A DNA stretch of 63,839 nucleotides, filler included, from Choristocarpus tenellus KU-1152 (lineage: Eukaryota > Protista > Phaeophyceae), in assembly GCA_964200185.2 (NCBI GenBank). It is 13 parts of 13 records of this genome, joined end to end, with 100 filler letters (N's around TTAATTAATTAA, not from the genome) between each part and the next. Parts side by side here need not be neighbours in the genome. Positions count along the whole stretch, not along the records: positions 1 to 8,806 come from CAXNAD020004311.1; positions 8,907 to 12,060 come from CAXNAD020021919.1; positions 12,161 to 14,981 come from CAXNAD020024462.1; 10 more parts are not named here. One strand, written 5' to 3'. Position 1 is the stretch's first letter. Each line of letters opens with the position of its first letter. Of this stretch, positions 1 to 13,700 are shown in pieces. Both the position numbers and the translations under genes were made by a program. Below the pieces are notes generated by a model that did no database searches, had not been told where the DNA came from, and was given only the letters and a program-made list of their open reading frames with translations.

Positions 1-689
1 GGGTGAAAAACGGCCGCCCGCCCCCCCCCCCCCCCCCCAGATACTTTGACCCCGGTACAGGTAGTCGTAGTACAATAGTCAGTCAGTAGTTATTGCAAGA
101 GGTAGTGTAGTGTATAGAACCTCTGACCACAGGTCGGGATAGTCCCCCAGACTAATTTGTGACAAATAATAATATTAATAGTAACAATTTTGAAGAACAG
201 TACACAAATTTTGTAGGCATTGCTTGTTTATTACGGAAGTGTGTTGTGTGTTCCTCTTCCCTTAGATTTCCATTGGTTTGACGTTTAATCTAATGCAGAG
301 AAAAGCAAGATATTGAAGAAATATCACAGAAGAAAAAGGAAATGTTGCAAAAGATTAAATGTATATATATATATATATATATATATACGGGTTGTACTCA
401 CTCACAACCTCCATTGCAGGGCAAGCACCCATTGAGCCAAATTTCCTCCACAGCACCTGTTGTCCTAGAGCCCTTGGGGCCATTTGCTCATCAACGCTTT
501 TTGTTCAGGGCAGCATTCAGGGCCTTTTGTTCGTAGCATCCTCTGTCTAGATTAGATAGTGCTGTTTCATGTATAGCTAGGGTTAGGTCTTCAGAGATGC
601 GGTGTAGTTGCATCGTTACATTTGGCAGGTACACTTGAGTTCTTTTTTCTTTTTTTTTGTTCTTTTTCTTAGTGTTCTTGTGGAATTTG

Positions 690-1790
690 AAATCAGTCAG
701 GGAACAGTTATTTGGGCGGAGGAATGGAGCACCGTTCCATTTTTTTGGGGACGTGTTTTAGATGTCTGACTGTAGGGATCCCCAAACGGAATCCTTCTGT
801 CTCCTGACTGCTGACTGCTGGTTAGGGATTGTTGTTTTCACACAGATGTGCAATAATAGCAACTTTTTTGTCTGTATTTTGACATGTGGGTATGACATGA
901 TCGATCCCTTCACCACCAAAAACGATTTCTCATGCAAGTCTGAGGTGGAAGAACAGATCAATTTCACTATTGTCTGCGAGTGGCTCATGAGTTCAAACCC
1001 CTTCGACGCCGAACCTTTTTTCATGGTGGTATATTTTTGGGTAGAAGGGAAGGAAAGATTGTCTGATGATACCTACAGATATCCACTACTCTGCATGTAG
1101 CAATAGCCACCAGCAATAGCGGCTAGTACCTTTGCCTCTTTCCGACTGCATTTCAAACACAGGCCTGGAACCTGTCACACTATTGTGAATCATTGTGCAG
1201 CAGAGCTTAGCATTTGAAGGTCGGGGAACAGTTTCTTGTCGAGCTTTTACACTTTGCGTTTTATATGTGCAGGCATAGAGACCCCAAACCGAATTCATTT
1301 GACTGCTGGCTGGGTAGGTGTGATTATTTTCGCGCAGACGTGCGATTACAAGGGAGCTTTTGCACAGGAATGTTAGGCACATGGGGATAAACAGGATCAA
1401 ATGCTGTACAGCCACACGTTTTTTCATGCTAATACCTCAGAACAATTCGTGAGTTCAAATCCCTTCGACATCATACATTTTTTTCATGGTGGCATGTTTT
1501 TTGGTAGAATGGAAGGGGCTGTCTGATAATAGTTACAGATATCCACCATTCTGAATGTGTCGATATACGTACTAGTATCGATATCTTTTATTGTGGAACG
1601 AAGTGTATACTTCACCTTTAAATCAGTCAAGGAACAGCCTTTTGGGGAGGAATGCAGAACCATCGAGGTTCCTTGCACATGGTTATATAGAGACACAGGC
1701 ATAGGGACCCCCCAAAATGACCCATCTGGGTAGTCGAGTGCTGGGTATGATCGTTTTCGCGCAGATGCACGATTGTGGAGATAGCTGCTA
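690..1790 (+). repeat. Degenerate tandem repeat, ~462-465 bp period, 2-3 units
   Basis: GAGTTCAAAYCCCTTCGAC occurs at ~989 and ~1451. TTTTCATGGTGG...ACAGATATCCAC occurs at ~1017 and ~1481. AATCAGTCARGGAACAG occurs at ~691 and ~1621. Confidence 0.75.
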
Positions 1791-2685
1791 CTGTCTTGAT
1801 AAAGGTAGTGTTAATATTAGTGTATTATTAGCAGTAACTGTACGTATAATGCCTCTTACATACACCGCAGTATCTTAAACACTGTGAATACAATTGGCAG
1901 TAGTTGTTGTAGTGAATGGTGATGAACCCTTTTTCTTTAAGGTTAGAGCTTCAGTAATAGAATAATTATGTTCTGTTGGAACTGCTCTCATAGACAAAAA
2001 CTATGTATCTGCTAGGCTTTTGAATCAGATAATGCGGCTTGTTTTTTCTGTATGAATAGGACATTTGCCATTGGAAAAGGCGTTAGTTTCTTTTTTTTTA
2101 ATATGCTGGAACTATTTGGGGGGTATTCGAGGGGTTAGGATAACTACATCCAATAGATATTGTGTTGCTTTGTTACACCCTCTACATTGCATGGTGCTCC
2201 TTGCCCCCCCCTCCATTACAACATATGCAAAATGTCGATGGCATATAATGAAGAAAATCTGTCAGATTGATTCGCAGTATTAATGGAGCATGGTTACATT
2301 TGTACACATTCATCTCATCTCATCTCATCTTATTATACCAACTGCCTCTGCGCAGCTACAAGATTAAGGCTACATGAATTTCTTCACCTATTGGCCAATT
2401 TAGTACTAGGTACATAGGCTACATCGTAGCTCATAGTGCATGAGGGTTGGAGGATAAAACAGAGAGGGGGATGAGGTTCGTTAGTGCACACTCTTCTAGG
2501 AGGAAGAGGGGCTGTCTGTGCTGGAGAACTAGCTGGTAATATAGAGCAGCCATGCTTGTTCTTTTTTTCTTATGTACACGTTCGACTATTGCACTTTTTT
2601 TTATCCGTGAACTACAGTAACTACTCTAGCCGATCTCACTCTATAACGCACATGATAATGCGCGATCAAATGGCACACCCAATAG

Positions 2686-5600
2686 GTGTTCCCGTTGGAG
2701 ATGCCTGTTTTCTTGCGTGAGTACGACAGTGGGGCATACCGAGTCGAGACTTACTTCCTGGGGAGGACGCTGGTGAGGCTCTTGATCTACTGGTGCATTT
2801 TTAGATACTCGCGCGCGCGCGCGAGCACGCGTGCTCTTGTAGGTTGTTGCCAAACAAATAATTCTTAATGTATAAGAGTTGTCACAGTATAGCCTGTTCT
2901 TGCTGAGGTATTCTGATTTTGTTGTTTTTTGCTCTCAGCACCTTTTTTTATTTTTAGGGTTAGGGGTGACTTTTTTTTTTTTAGAAGGCAGCACATGGGC
3001 TACTTCATACTGTTGTTTTTGTAGTATTAATTTATGTATTGTTCTTAATTGTAGGCATGTTAAGGTCAGAGTGGGGTTTTTGAACTTGTTGTGAGGGCTG
3101 GATGGATGCAGTACTGTACGGTGGTCTCACTATTTACTCTCGCACAGAAGTACTTAGGGTTAGGGTTAGGGGTAGTGAGTAGATGACGTCGTGAGGTGTA
3201 TCCCATTCTTGACAATATGGTTGGGGTCAGAGATACTGAATGAATGGAATTGTAAAGTATATGCCGCTCATGATGATAGGGATGGGGATGGAAATTGACC
3301 AACAGTAGCTTTAACGTTGAGTGGAATAAAGGAGTTGTAACAGGTGGTAAAAGAATAGGACTAATATGGAGGGACGCCTATTCCTGAATAATAGGTCAAA
3401 GGTACGTCTTGATGCGTCTCAAAGCTCGGCTTCTTTTTTCTTCTTGCCAAAGTGCTTGTATGGTACTGTATCCCGCCCATGATGATCTGCTGGTTTTTGC
3501 AGCAGTCCGTGCTGCACTCCCCTTCAAAAGGTTCATGCCTTATTTTGTCCTTGTTGATGATAGAAGCAATGTCCTAGAATAGATGTGCCTTATGTGGGTA
3601 TTGTTGGTGTTAAGAAGCCTTGATTGTTCTGCTTTATCACATTACTATTTTGCTGTTGAACTTATCTCAAAGGAGTGGAGATTATTATTTTTCTTTACAG
3701 TTATACCTTTTCTTGTCACCTGAGCTAGAACCAGTTGATACGATAATCAAGTCCATGGGTGAGGTCTATACATTCTACTGCATACCATACTAGAGCCATG
3801 AGTATCCACTACTTCAAACCTTTTTTCTGGATTAATCCTGGTCACATTGCGGGCAGGATAAGGGTGGAGGTTAAATCAACCGCAAGCATCTTATCTATCC
3901 CTGGTTTGGGCATGTAACCCTTACAGATTTATGGTAGTAAATTTTTGGAAATACTTCTGAAGTACTTCCACCCTTGCATAGTTTTAATCAGTCGTGTTGG
4001 AGTAGCAAAGCCGAGGACTGTTCACCAATTTTTACCCACACTTGTTTTTTGATCAGATTAATAGCAACTACCCAATCCGTTTCTGAGACTGACTGGGTGG
4101 GCATTTGACTGACGGGTGTCCCTCTTGAGCATGTATATGGCTACCTTTGGTGTGAATGTTATCTTCAGCGGGGGGTGGGAAGGGGGTCTGATGCCAGTTT
4201 GCCACTATTCTAGTAGCAGCAGGAAGATGTTTACATTGTCCTTTTTCCCATTCATTGCCCATCGACTTCTGAAGGCAGAAATACCAATACAAATAGCGTT
4301 TCCTGCACTTCATGCTGCTATCCTGTACCCCTTGGTGGGTCTTCCATTCTCTGTGGAGCCTTTCTTCCTGTTCATTTCATTGGTCACACTCGCGGCAAAT
4401 GCAGCAGTATCATTGGGGTGAGGAATAGTATACATACAGTACTTTTGTGTATCATTCAAATAGTTTTCTAGAGGGAGGGGAGACAGATAGGTGTGACTAT
4501 AATGTATTCAAGTACAGAGGTACTATTAATAGTTATTGGGACTTTTCGAAGTACTGGTGTGATATAAAGCCTGTTCTCATTACCTAGTCAGTTCGAAGGA
4601 GGTGTTGGTGTAATTTGCTGGGTGTAGAGGAAAGTGATTGTTTTGATGGGGGGTTGGATTTTAGGTATCTATTGAATCAACTATGGACATGTATGTGATC
4701 GTATTCATTTAGTGCTACAGGAGTACAACTAGAGGACCGCTCAAGAGCTGTTTTTTATATTCTTACTATAAAAAATTGTTCTTGGATATATATATATATA
4801 CACTTCCATTATTTTTTTAATTATTTTTTTACAAGCTCAGAATAATTTGCGTTGTGAACCAATAGAATTTACTACTACAATTGAATCGGCTAGAGAAAAT
4901 TTCCGATTAATCGAAGTGAATCGAATAAAAAATTACGAGAATGACATGACCTGACGCATACGAAACGCACGCAAAAACAGTCAAGTGACTCATCGTGCCA
5001 CCAGGCAGAAACTTCGAAGTCATAGGTCTCAGCAGGTAGATCTGAAGGCATGAACTGTGAAACCTATAGCGAGTTGTGGGTAGTGAGACCTTGTGATGAA
5101 TGAGTGGATCTTCTGTGACGTTGGACTCAGTCAATATTCACACTTCCCATGTGTATTGTGATATTTTGAAGTATGATTAACCGAACTATTCAGTTTAGTC
5201 ATTTTTTGTTATTCCGATTAGTCGAACTGAAACCGGTTGAACTACTGTCACGATTCGCAACACTAATAAAAAACTTTGGACCAGTTTTTGGTAGTAAATT
5301 CTATTAATTTGCTATTGCGTCTCTAGAGTTCGATTAAATTTCAATCGATCGAAACCGAAAATCCAGGATTCGATTGGTTATTTTTCGCGCGATTGTGTGC
5401 TGCCTGCTCACCCCTCGCAGAGGTTTGCGGATCGCACGTACGTTTTGATTGTCATTGAGTACATCGAATTTTTTCCGAGTTGGTTTAACTCGTACTCATT
5501 AGTGGTTCACTTTCAAATCACAACACTAGCAACTTTCTTTGTTTCATGATACCCTACACATGTTTTTTTCTATTTTGTGATGGAGTCGTCTAATTGGTTG

Positions 5601-8203
5601 ACCCCAGACCTCCATTCTCAACCGAATTATTTAAAAGAAGAAAATATCACCCTAACCCTCTCTTTCTCATCGCTCCTATGTCGAACACACAGGTATGTCG
5701 TATCAGCCCTGGCAAATAGTGTAGAAATCGCCCTGGCTCTGGGGCCGATGGTGAGTGACCACAGAGCGAATTGAGATGCAGCATGGTGGGTAACATGGAT
5801 AGAGCATTTGTTTGATGATATCCTTCACAAAGTTTTGCATTGATTGTAGGTCTATCCACAACTACATAAAGTCGCTATCAACAGCGTATGGTGAAAGGTT
5901 ACTGAGCAAAAATAAAAATATATATGCTACGTATTGAAAGGTTAAAAATACTGAGTGATTTTTGTCCTTTACTCATCACCATTCAGAAAAGGTGGGCTGA
6001 CTAGTGAAATGATTGATTATGGTAATATGGTATGCAATCTCTGGTTAGGACTTACGATTTGATCGAAAAAGTGTTCTATGAGATGGTGTTTAATCAATTG
6101 TCTTTAGGTAAAGTGTGTCCAGATAGGTAGGCCATGTTCCACACGATGAGTGTTTAGCCCCTCCTTTTACCTTTTTCGTGAAGTGAGCTAACCAGCTCAC
6201 ACCTCAGGCATTCCCCCTCAAACTGCACCGTCCGTTGTCTTCTCAATCTATTGATTGGGAAAATACATGCCATGGGTATACCCAGCTACCTTGCAGGGTG
6301 AAGGCTTTCTATTGGTTGAATTTATTAGTTGGAAGTGAACCAAAGTAAACGAGAAAATACCCAGGTTTGCCCGTTTTGTATTTTACCATTTTTGTCGTGT
6401 TTGGAATTCACCCTTATTTGTATGGATAAAGCGAAAAAAAAGTTGACTTGAGAGCGTGAAATTGTCGTTTATTTGAGAATAATTGACAGAATTTGGAGGA
6501 GTCCCTACATGCTTTTTTTGTACAGAATGTTGGTTTTGCACATACGTCATCCTTTGAAGTGGAACCCTGAGTGCCACTCGTTTACTTTGGCTAAGAATAC
6601 AGCCTATTCTATTGGTGGAAACATTGCTTTTTGTAGAATATCCCCTGACCGTTTGTCCTTAGGAAGAAATCTCTCAGTAAGATGACTCTAGAAAATTGCA
6701 ACAGTCTATGGTGTCCGTGCTGTGACATTGGTAGTGCATTTGACCCCCTTCGCACTTGATATGTTGGTCAGTGCACTACTACTGTAATGCGTAGTGCATT
6801 GCTGAGTCAAACGTCCGTAATGCCTTCTCACTGCCCAGTATATACCACTGTATGCTTAGCCAGAGCACCTGGCTTAGTTGAAGCTCCAGCTGCAAAAAGA
6901 CTGAAAGGGGATGAGTTGTAAGAAGATGCCCTATCTTATTCATTGGGTCATATTTTCATTCTTTATATTTTAAGGGTTAGGAATAGAAGATAGCACCTCC
7001 CAACGGTACACAGGAATAGTTGCTAGTCCGCTCCAGTCCCTTCAGGTTGTTCCTCTGATTTCGGGTGAGGTGATCACCAATAGACATGTGCATGCTGCAA
7101 CATTTCGAAATTTTAATCTTACCTTTTTTACATTGTAGTACTTGAGGCGTTGAAAGCCTGTTCTCCACAAGGTTAAGAAAAGGCAACGTTGCTGTTATTT
7201 TGTGTGTTGGGGGGGTGCTGTCTAGACATGTAACAGTACATAGACATGTTTTTAAATTAGGTTTGACATTCACATCAAGAGCTAGCAGGGCAGGGAAGGT
7301 GTTGATTTGCAATGGACTTTGGTGAAGAACTGATTTTGATCGTAGGCTGTGCTTCTTTGACAGGTACTAAACGATGGGAATAGAGGCACTGAAAATACGC
7401 AAATATAAAGATTCAGGGGTCGACTCACTCCTCCCCAAGATAGCTCAACCTCCTATTATTCGATTAAAAGAGAAGTCCAACCAATGGTCCAATGGTTATA
7501 CTTGTTTCCATTCATGACGGTCATTCAGTTTCTTTTTCGAAACTGTCAATGGTACGTTTTACTTTGTCCTGTTTTGCGTGCAATGTTGTTGGGTTCTTTA
7601 GGTTCTGATGCCCATGATTATCTTCGGTGGTCTCCTGGTGAATGTGGATGAGATACCGCCATACTTCTTGTGGTACTCCTCACTGTCCTTCATCAAGTAT
7701 GGTCAGTGCATCATGCTGGTCTCTGCCCACTATATGAGTTTCTTTTGGGCTCTACACGACGCAAGAAAGGGGTTTTGCGTTCGAATTGTTGTATGGCTTT
7801 ATTGAACACAAAACCATTGTGCTCTGCCCTGCCTTCTTTTCATCAGGTATCTCAGCGGGCACCCCCGATTTATTGAAGCAGTAAGCCCTTTCATAACCTT
7901 GAAACGACTTCATGGAAGGTTTTTGGTTTTTGTACCATGCTATAATTTAAAGTAGTATAGGTAGTGTACTGTTGTGATGTTCTCAGTGATTCAATTATTC
8001 CCTTGGAATTCATACCTTGATACACCTTCCCTCTTGCTGCTGTGCATGCAGGTTACGGAGGCGTATCCATTGCCATCTGGCGTGAGAAGGACAACTTGGT
8101 CTGCCCCCCTGAGCCCGAAATCTGTCCCTATCCTGATGGGCTGGCTGTCCTAGATAGCCTCAACATTCATGAAGACGATCTAGCTCTATGTTACATTGCA
8201 TTG
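2686..8203 (+). CDS. ABCG/White-family ABC half-transporter, transmembrane domain (partial; exons 2686-2772, 4275-4417, 5693-5750, 7602-7701, 8052-8203)
   Basis: Five AG/GT-bounded exons join in consistent phase to give VFPLEMPVFLREYDSGAYRVETYFLGRTL-AEIPIQIAFPALHAAILYPLVGL...AAVSLG-YVVSALANSVEIALALGPM-VLMPMIIFGGLLVNVDEIPPYFLWYSSLSFIKYG-YGGVSIAIW..., the typical ABC2_membrane signature of White/ABCG proteins. The NBD and the last exon were not found in this contig. Confidence 0.93.
4861..5305. mobile_element. Non-autonomous TIR element (~445 bp) in ABCG intron
   Basis: AATAGAATTTACTAC at 4861 is the reverse complement of GTAGTAAATTCTATT ending at 5305; the match extends imperfectly to ~24 bp. 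Confidence 0.55.
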
Positions 8204-8806
8204 GTGAGCCTCACTCAGTAAGCACTAACTTCTACTTCCATTTCCACTTTTGTGTGATGCTCTCCTGCACTAGGGAGTGTCAAACTGTGTATGTTGAAAT
8301 ATTGAAAAAAGAGAGGTGTGTGTGTGTACATGATCATCATATATGTGTGTACAAGGTCATCATGCCCCTCTGTGCTCAGAAGAGTGACGAGCTTTCTTTT
8401 AGTAATCACGAACCATAAAAGGAACAGATACTCCACCCCATTTTCTCACTCAATTCATGATCCTGTAGCCATCACATAGCTGCTACAGAGAATTCAGATT
8501 GCTTGTTTGGGATGATGTGTGATAAGAGGGAGTGTTTGAAGGATTATGCGTTCTCAGATTGCAGTATAGGCACGTGTATTGTCCAGCAAAAGAGGTAGCG
8601 TTGTACAGTAGAGTTGGTTGTGATACCTCTGGTGTGTCATGATATCCTACTTGACCTTGATGTAGGTGACATTATATCCATTCTCAATGAGAAAGAATGA
8701 GAAAGGGGGCCCTCAACCGCCACCCGACCCAGGAGGAAGGTATCAATCCTCCATCATAATGTCTACATGTACCATGTTTTTCATCCTTGAGACCCAAAGT
8801 ATCTGG

Positions 8807-8906
8807 NNNNNNNNNNNNNNNNNNNNNNNNNNNNNNNNNNNNNNNNNNNNTTAATTAATTAANNNNNNNNNNNNNNNNNNNNNNNNNNNNNNNNNNNNNN
8901 NNNNNN
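8807..8906. other. Artificial contig spacer N44-TTAATTAATTAA-N44. Identical spacers at 12061-12160, 14982-15081, 17820-17919, 21882-21981, 29759-29858, 33359-33458, 41113-41212, 44887-44986, 49247-49346, 57080-57179, 61219-61318
   Basis: The same 100-nt block appears 12 times; the palindromic 12-mer puts a stop codon in all six frames. Confidence 0.99.
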
Positions 8907-10003
8907 GGTCAACATAAAGAAGGGGGAAAAAGAAATGCATCCCATATAAATTACTGTCTGCTCTGAGGTGGGTTGCTTCATGTTTCTGACTTCTGCTATC
9001 CTACGTTCCATGCAGGGACTACCTGTTTCACGCTTACCACAGACAATAATCATTGATCAGGATAATAAATATCATCCATCACCTTAGATCATGCTGCGGC
9101 GGCATCCATAATTCCCATTCGGTAGTATAGGGGCTCTAGTTCCGATTGTGCCGGTGGTTTCCAACCAAGGGACTCCAGTTCCGACCGTGCCAGTTTTTTC
9201 CAGTACAGGGACTCCGGTTCCAAATTAACCCATGGATTCCAACAATGATTGACAAATCTCCTCGTTTCCTCTTTTCTTTGAGAATGGATCCCCAAAGGTC
9301 GTAAGACACAGTCAGGATCAATATATGTCTAACAAGATAAGAGTATATATTTTTATTTAAAAAATAAATATAAATATATATATATATAACCCCAACTGGG
9401 CCCAAAATAAGTCAACAAATATCCTTGTTTTCCTTGGCAAACTCTTTCCCAAGGGTCACAGAATACCATCAGAGTCGGTTTGCAACTGGCCTAATCCGAG
9501 TATGCACTTGCTCTTTCTTAAACACACCTTCAAAATTTAGAAGTATCTATATCTCTGACATGGCCTAAAATGAATGGGTCCCCAGTTCCGATCTCTCTGA
9601 TCACAAATGTGATTAATTTATCCATGTTCCATTCAAAGTGTCCATAAGGGACCTAATCCGAGTATACACTTATTTCTTCTGAACTGGACCTTCAAAACTT
9701 ACAAGTGCATCATAGCTCTGATTGGGCCTATAATTCGTGGGTCTTCCGTTCCAATCTTCCCGGTTATAAACGCAAATGCTATAGTGGTACCAGTAGCTTC
9801 GCCCTCCGGGGTTGTCCCGTCATAACCTTTGACGTAGACATTGGATTAAAAACGTAAAAGTGTATTCGTGATGCCCGTTACAAGGCCTTCCAGAGTACGG
9901 GCTTCGGTTTTTTTCTCCATTTTTGTTTTTTTTAAGAAAGGGCGCTCATATGGGGGTTCGAACCCTTGATTGTAGGTCACCAAGAGTGGCAACATACACA
10001 CTA

Positions 10004-10764
10004 TTACTTGATTGAAGTGTAGGACTTAGGCGGGAAAAAAGCCTCCCCACCCTTTCTTACTGTGTTGATTTCTCGACTTAATGCAGGCTGGGAGAAAGCC
10101 TTGATCAACTTTATACGTCCAACCCTAAGTCCAGAAGGAACAAAATTGAACGTGCGGCATCTTGCAAGAAGTGGGAGACACCAAACCATCGGTGTGGATA
10201 TAGTCTCAATCTCACCTCCTCTTCTTCACTGGCGTCCACGTGGATGACTACCTCCACCTGCTTTGTGACCTCTTCTAAGTAAAAAATTGGTGGTATCGAA
10301 AAGTCTCCACGGCTGCCTTTGTTACAATCACTTTCTCCTCTGCCTTGCGAGCCCTTTCGACCTTCTTTCGGGCTTCAGAGCCCTTGTACCCCAACCCTAA
10401 CGCCTTCTTTCTCGTTTCCTTAAGCCACTCCGACTCGCACAGCTTCTGAACAGCCACGGCCTGCTGCAACTGTCGACTACCAAGATATTTTACACCCGAG
10501 GTTTCGCTAAGGTGTTTCCTGAACGCGATGGCACGCAGTTGAACTGCTCTCTTCCCCAACCTTCCCTTCGGGAGGACACTATGTTTCTTCGCCTGCTGTG
10601 ACCAGGCTTCCCCACAGACTTCGCCACTGTACCACCTGGTCATGGACTCGCCGCTCTCTTCCTGTTTTCCCGAGGTGGCAGAGACTGCAGAGCAGTTTTC
10701 TGACGTGGTTGAAGACCCAAACACGTTTGTGTGGTAATGCTTTCAATGCATCTTCTCTCAGCAT
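10004..10764 (-). pseudogene. Decayed DNA transposase fragment, hAT-like (ZNF862/C17orf113-type N-terminal zinc finger)
   Basis: Frameshifted pieces WVFNHVRKLLCSLCHLG...AFRKHL...SRQLQQAV and KLIKAFSQPALSREINTVRKGGEAFF resemble the W-x-C-x2-C...H...H finger and the pre-catalytic helix of hAT transposases. Recognised by eye only. Confidence 0.35.
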
Positions 10765-13700
10765 CAGTGTCGCGACCCATGCCGCTGAGCCACACTACTC
10801 ACACTTTATCATCACCTAACATCGCACTGAATGTCGCATGCTACTTTCTTTTCCTAGGCCTCTCGACAAAGAAGGTGGCAAGGGTAGATACAGTGGGCAC
10901 AGTGACTTTATTATACCATATTGACCTGCTGTTTCTGACTACTAGTGGTGTGGAGTAATACATCCGTACCAAAATACCTACTTTGATTGATCCATCACTT
11001 GCCATGATACGTAATCGTAGAAAGTTCTGTTCTAGAAGAAGTTGCAAGATTTGCTCTACACCATAATCAAGACTGGACTGTATAGTTCCTACAATAATGT
11101 TGGCAAATACCCGGGAGTATAAAAATAATAGCAGGAATAATATGAACAAATAATGTCCAGTCTGACCACAACAAAGAGACCACAAATACTACAGTAAATA
11201 CTCCACACATGGGACGAATCATGATTGAAATCATTAATGCTTCCCAAATAAATAGAAAACATGAATATACAAATATTTTTATGTGAAGGTTGAAGGAGTG
11301 GTAATGACGTACAAGTCATTCCTACCCTTAAATCTTGTACCACAAATCACGTACTGAGTACAACTAATGTTGAGGAATGATGTAGAAATCCCGATTTGTC
11401 CATACAACCTTGTTGGTTACCACCATACACACACATGATTGGAGTTAGATGTCAAGAAAATAGTGTTAGTATCATTAAATGGTAGTAAAGTCTACGAACC
11501 AAACCGGTTCCTTCTGAAAAGCACAAAACAGTATTTACCTTGGTAGATATCCCGCAAAATCAAGTTTGTAAATAAGATACAATAATTTCTGGTCAACAGA
11601 ACTCATTCCCAAATTCGAGACAAGACCTGTCAGATTCTTAGGATGTTCCCCCAGGTCCACCCTTAGTTGTGTAGGGCTAACCTAGGTTGGAACTATACCA
11701 GCCATGTACCCATAAGATTGAAAATATCCTAGATTTAAGGGAGTGATTGTAGCATAGCTGGTATTAAGATGTCAAATAGGTTTTAGAGAGGTATCCTTCA
11801 CATTCACCACTAGTATTAGTGTTCATTAAGCCTCTAAGAACATACTAGTTTCAAGGATTCTTCATTGACAATCCCACCTCTTACGTACCTCTACACTCAC
11901 GCAAACCATAAAAATAACAGTGTTTTGGAGTGACTAGAAAATTGTAGTCTGGTTATGATTCTTTCCTCCACATTAATATAATTTTATCTTCTCTGATATT
12001 ATACAGATGTGTCAGGGAGAAAATCCAAACCAAAATCAAAGCCACCCCTATGAACATTCCNNNNNNNNNNNNNNNNNNNNNNNNNNNNNNNNNNNNNNNN
12101 NNNNTTAATTAATTAANNNNNNNNNNNNNNNNNNNNNNNNNNNNNNNNNNNNNNNNNNNNACGCTCAGCGGCTTGTTGTACTCAAAAAGGCGACTGCATT
12201 AGCATGGCAGGGGGGGAACGTAAGGTGGAGCAAATTTTGTTGAAGTCAAGGTAGTGCGTCGAAATCCGACCTTCATACAAGCTTATAATATATTCTAACT
12301 CCTAGCGACTCACAAAGAGATAAGGCTGATGTATACATAGAGGCAAAGCTGGCACATACAGACGGACAGAAGGACAAATGGATAGGAAATACTTGGTTGC
12401 ACACGGTATGTACGTGAGAGATGAAAAGGCAACTGTATACAGCAAATGCTAGTAAGGCTTGCTACATTTTCAAGGAATTTATATTCTCGGAACAAGTACG
12501 GCCGAACACGGGGGTTAGTCTACGGGGGAGGACAAGAGCTAGTACTGGTAACGACGTGAAGTAGGACGGTCAAAGTGCAGGTACTGCAGAGATAGTATAC
12601 ATATAATAGGAGGCTCAAACTTCGACGAACTCGAAAAGAGGAACACAGCGCTATAGACTATAGAGGTGGTAGGATCGTAATGGAGGAATTACTTTGTTCT
12701 GAATTAATGGTACGTAGGTGGAGGGACCCAAACAGTTGTTGATGGTGTGTTTATGATCTTTCACGAGTTACGTATTTGTAGCAAGTACGTATGAGCGCGC
12801 GACCGAGTCTATTCTCGAGGAAGAGCGATTAGAAAACCCAGTATCGGTAAAGTACAGACAGACGGACGGACAGGGATCACTCGGTTTTATACAGTATGTT
12901 TGTGAGAGAGATAAAAAAAGATCGTAAGCGTCCCCCCCTTCTTGGGAAAAAACCTCAGTGAAAATGCAAAATGATTCAAGATTATATTATTTCGCTATGA
13001 TAGCATTATAATGTTTGCTCTGTGGTGTGGATACACGCAAGACACATATATTACACACACACTGCAAATATAGATACATAGACACAACAAGCACACACAC
13101 ACGCCACAGCAACTTGCTTCCTCAGCATGAACTATAGCTACACTATTTCTCACAATCAGCATCGTGCTTTTCATGAGGAACCAAAAAAGGAGAAGCCAAG
13201 CAAAATAGGCTTTGGCAAAGTGTGATCCTTTACAACACACACAGAAAAATAAAAAGAAACAAAAGAAGGAATGCAAAAGATTCAACAAACAGTTTTTAAA
13301 AAATCGAGGCGAGGCCCATGTGATACCTGTCAATATCAATGACAACAACAGTGCATATAGTTGTGAATGTATTTTAACCACAAGAAAAATAAACTAATGT
13401 ACAACCCTCTCCCATTACACATCTTTTTTTTTTAAAAGACCCAGATTTTTAGCGAGAGCACACTCATCACAGAAACATACACCAATTCCTAACAAAACAT
13501 CGACTCCCCATTCCCCACCCAAGCAACCCAACCCTGCCCCCACGGACAGTGGACATTCCCTCTTATTCTCCACCCCGCCAATAGCGTGTTCTGAAGATGT
13601 CAGCACCACATAACATGTAACTGTCACTGCAAATGTTTGCCTATCCCTCCCTCCTTCCTACCCCCCACCCTCCCCCCAGGCCCCACATCCCTCTTTTCGC

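Noticed and set aside
470-550. Possible further ABCG exon (..QGSIQGLLFV..)
   Set aside because: No convincing splice donor or phase link to the exon at 2686.
9945-10010. tRNA-like GGTTCGAACCC motif on the minus strand (also TAGCTCAGAATGG at ~25530)
   Set aside because: Isolated B-box or A-box only, with no cloverleaf. At most SINE debris.
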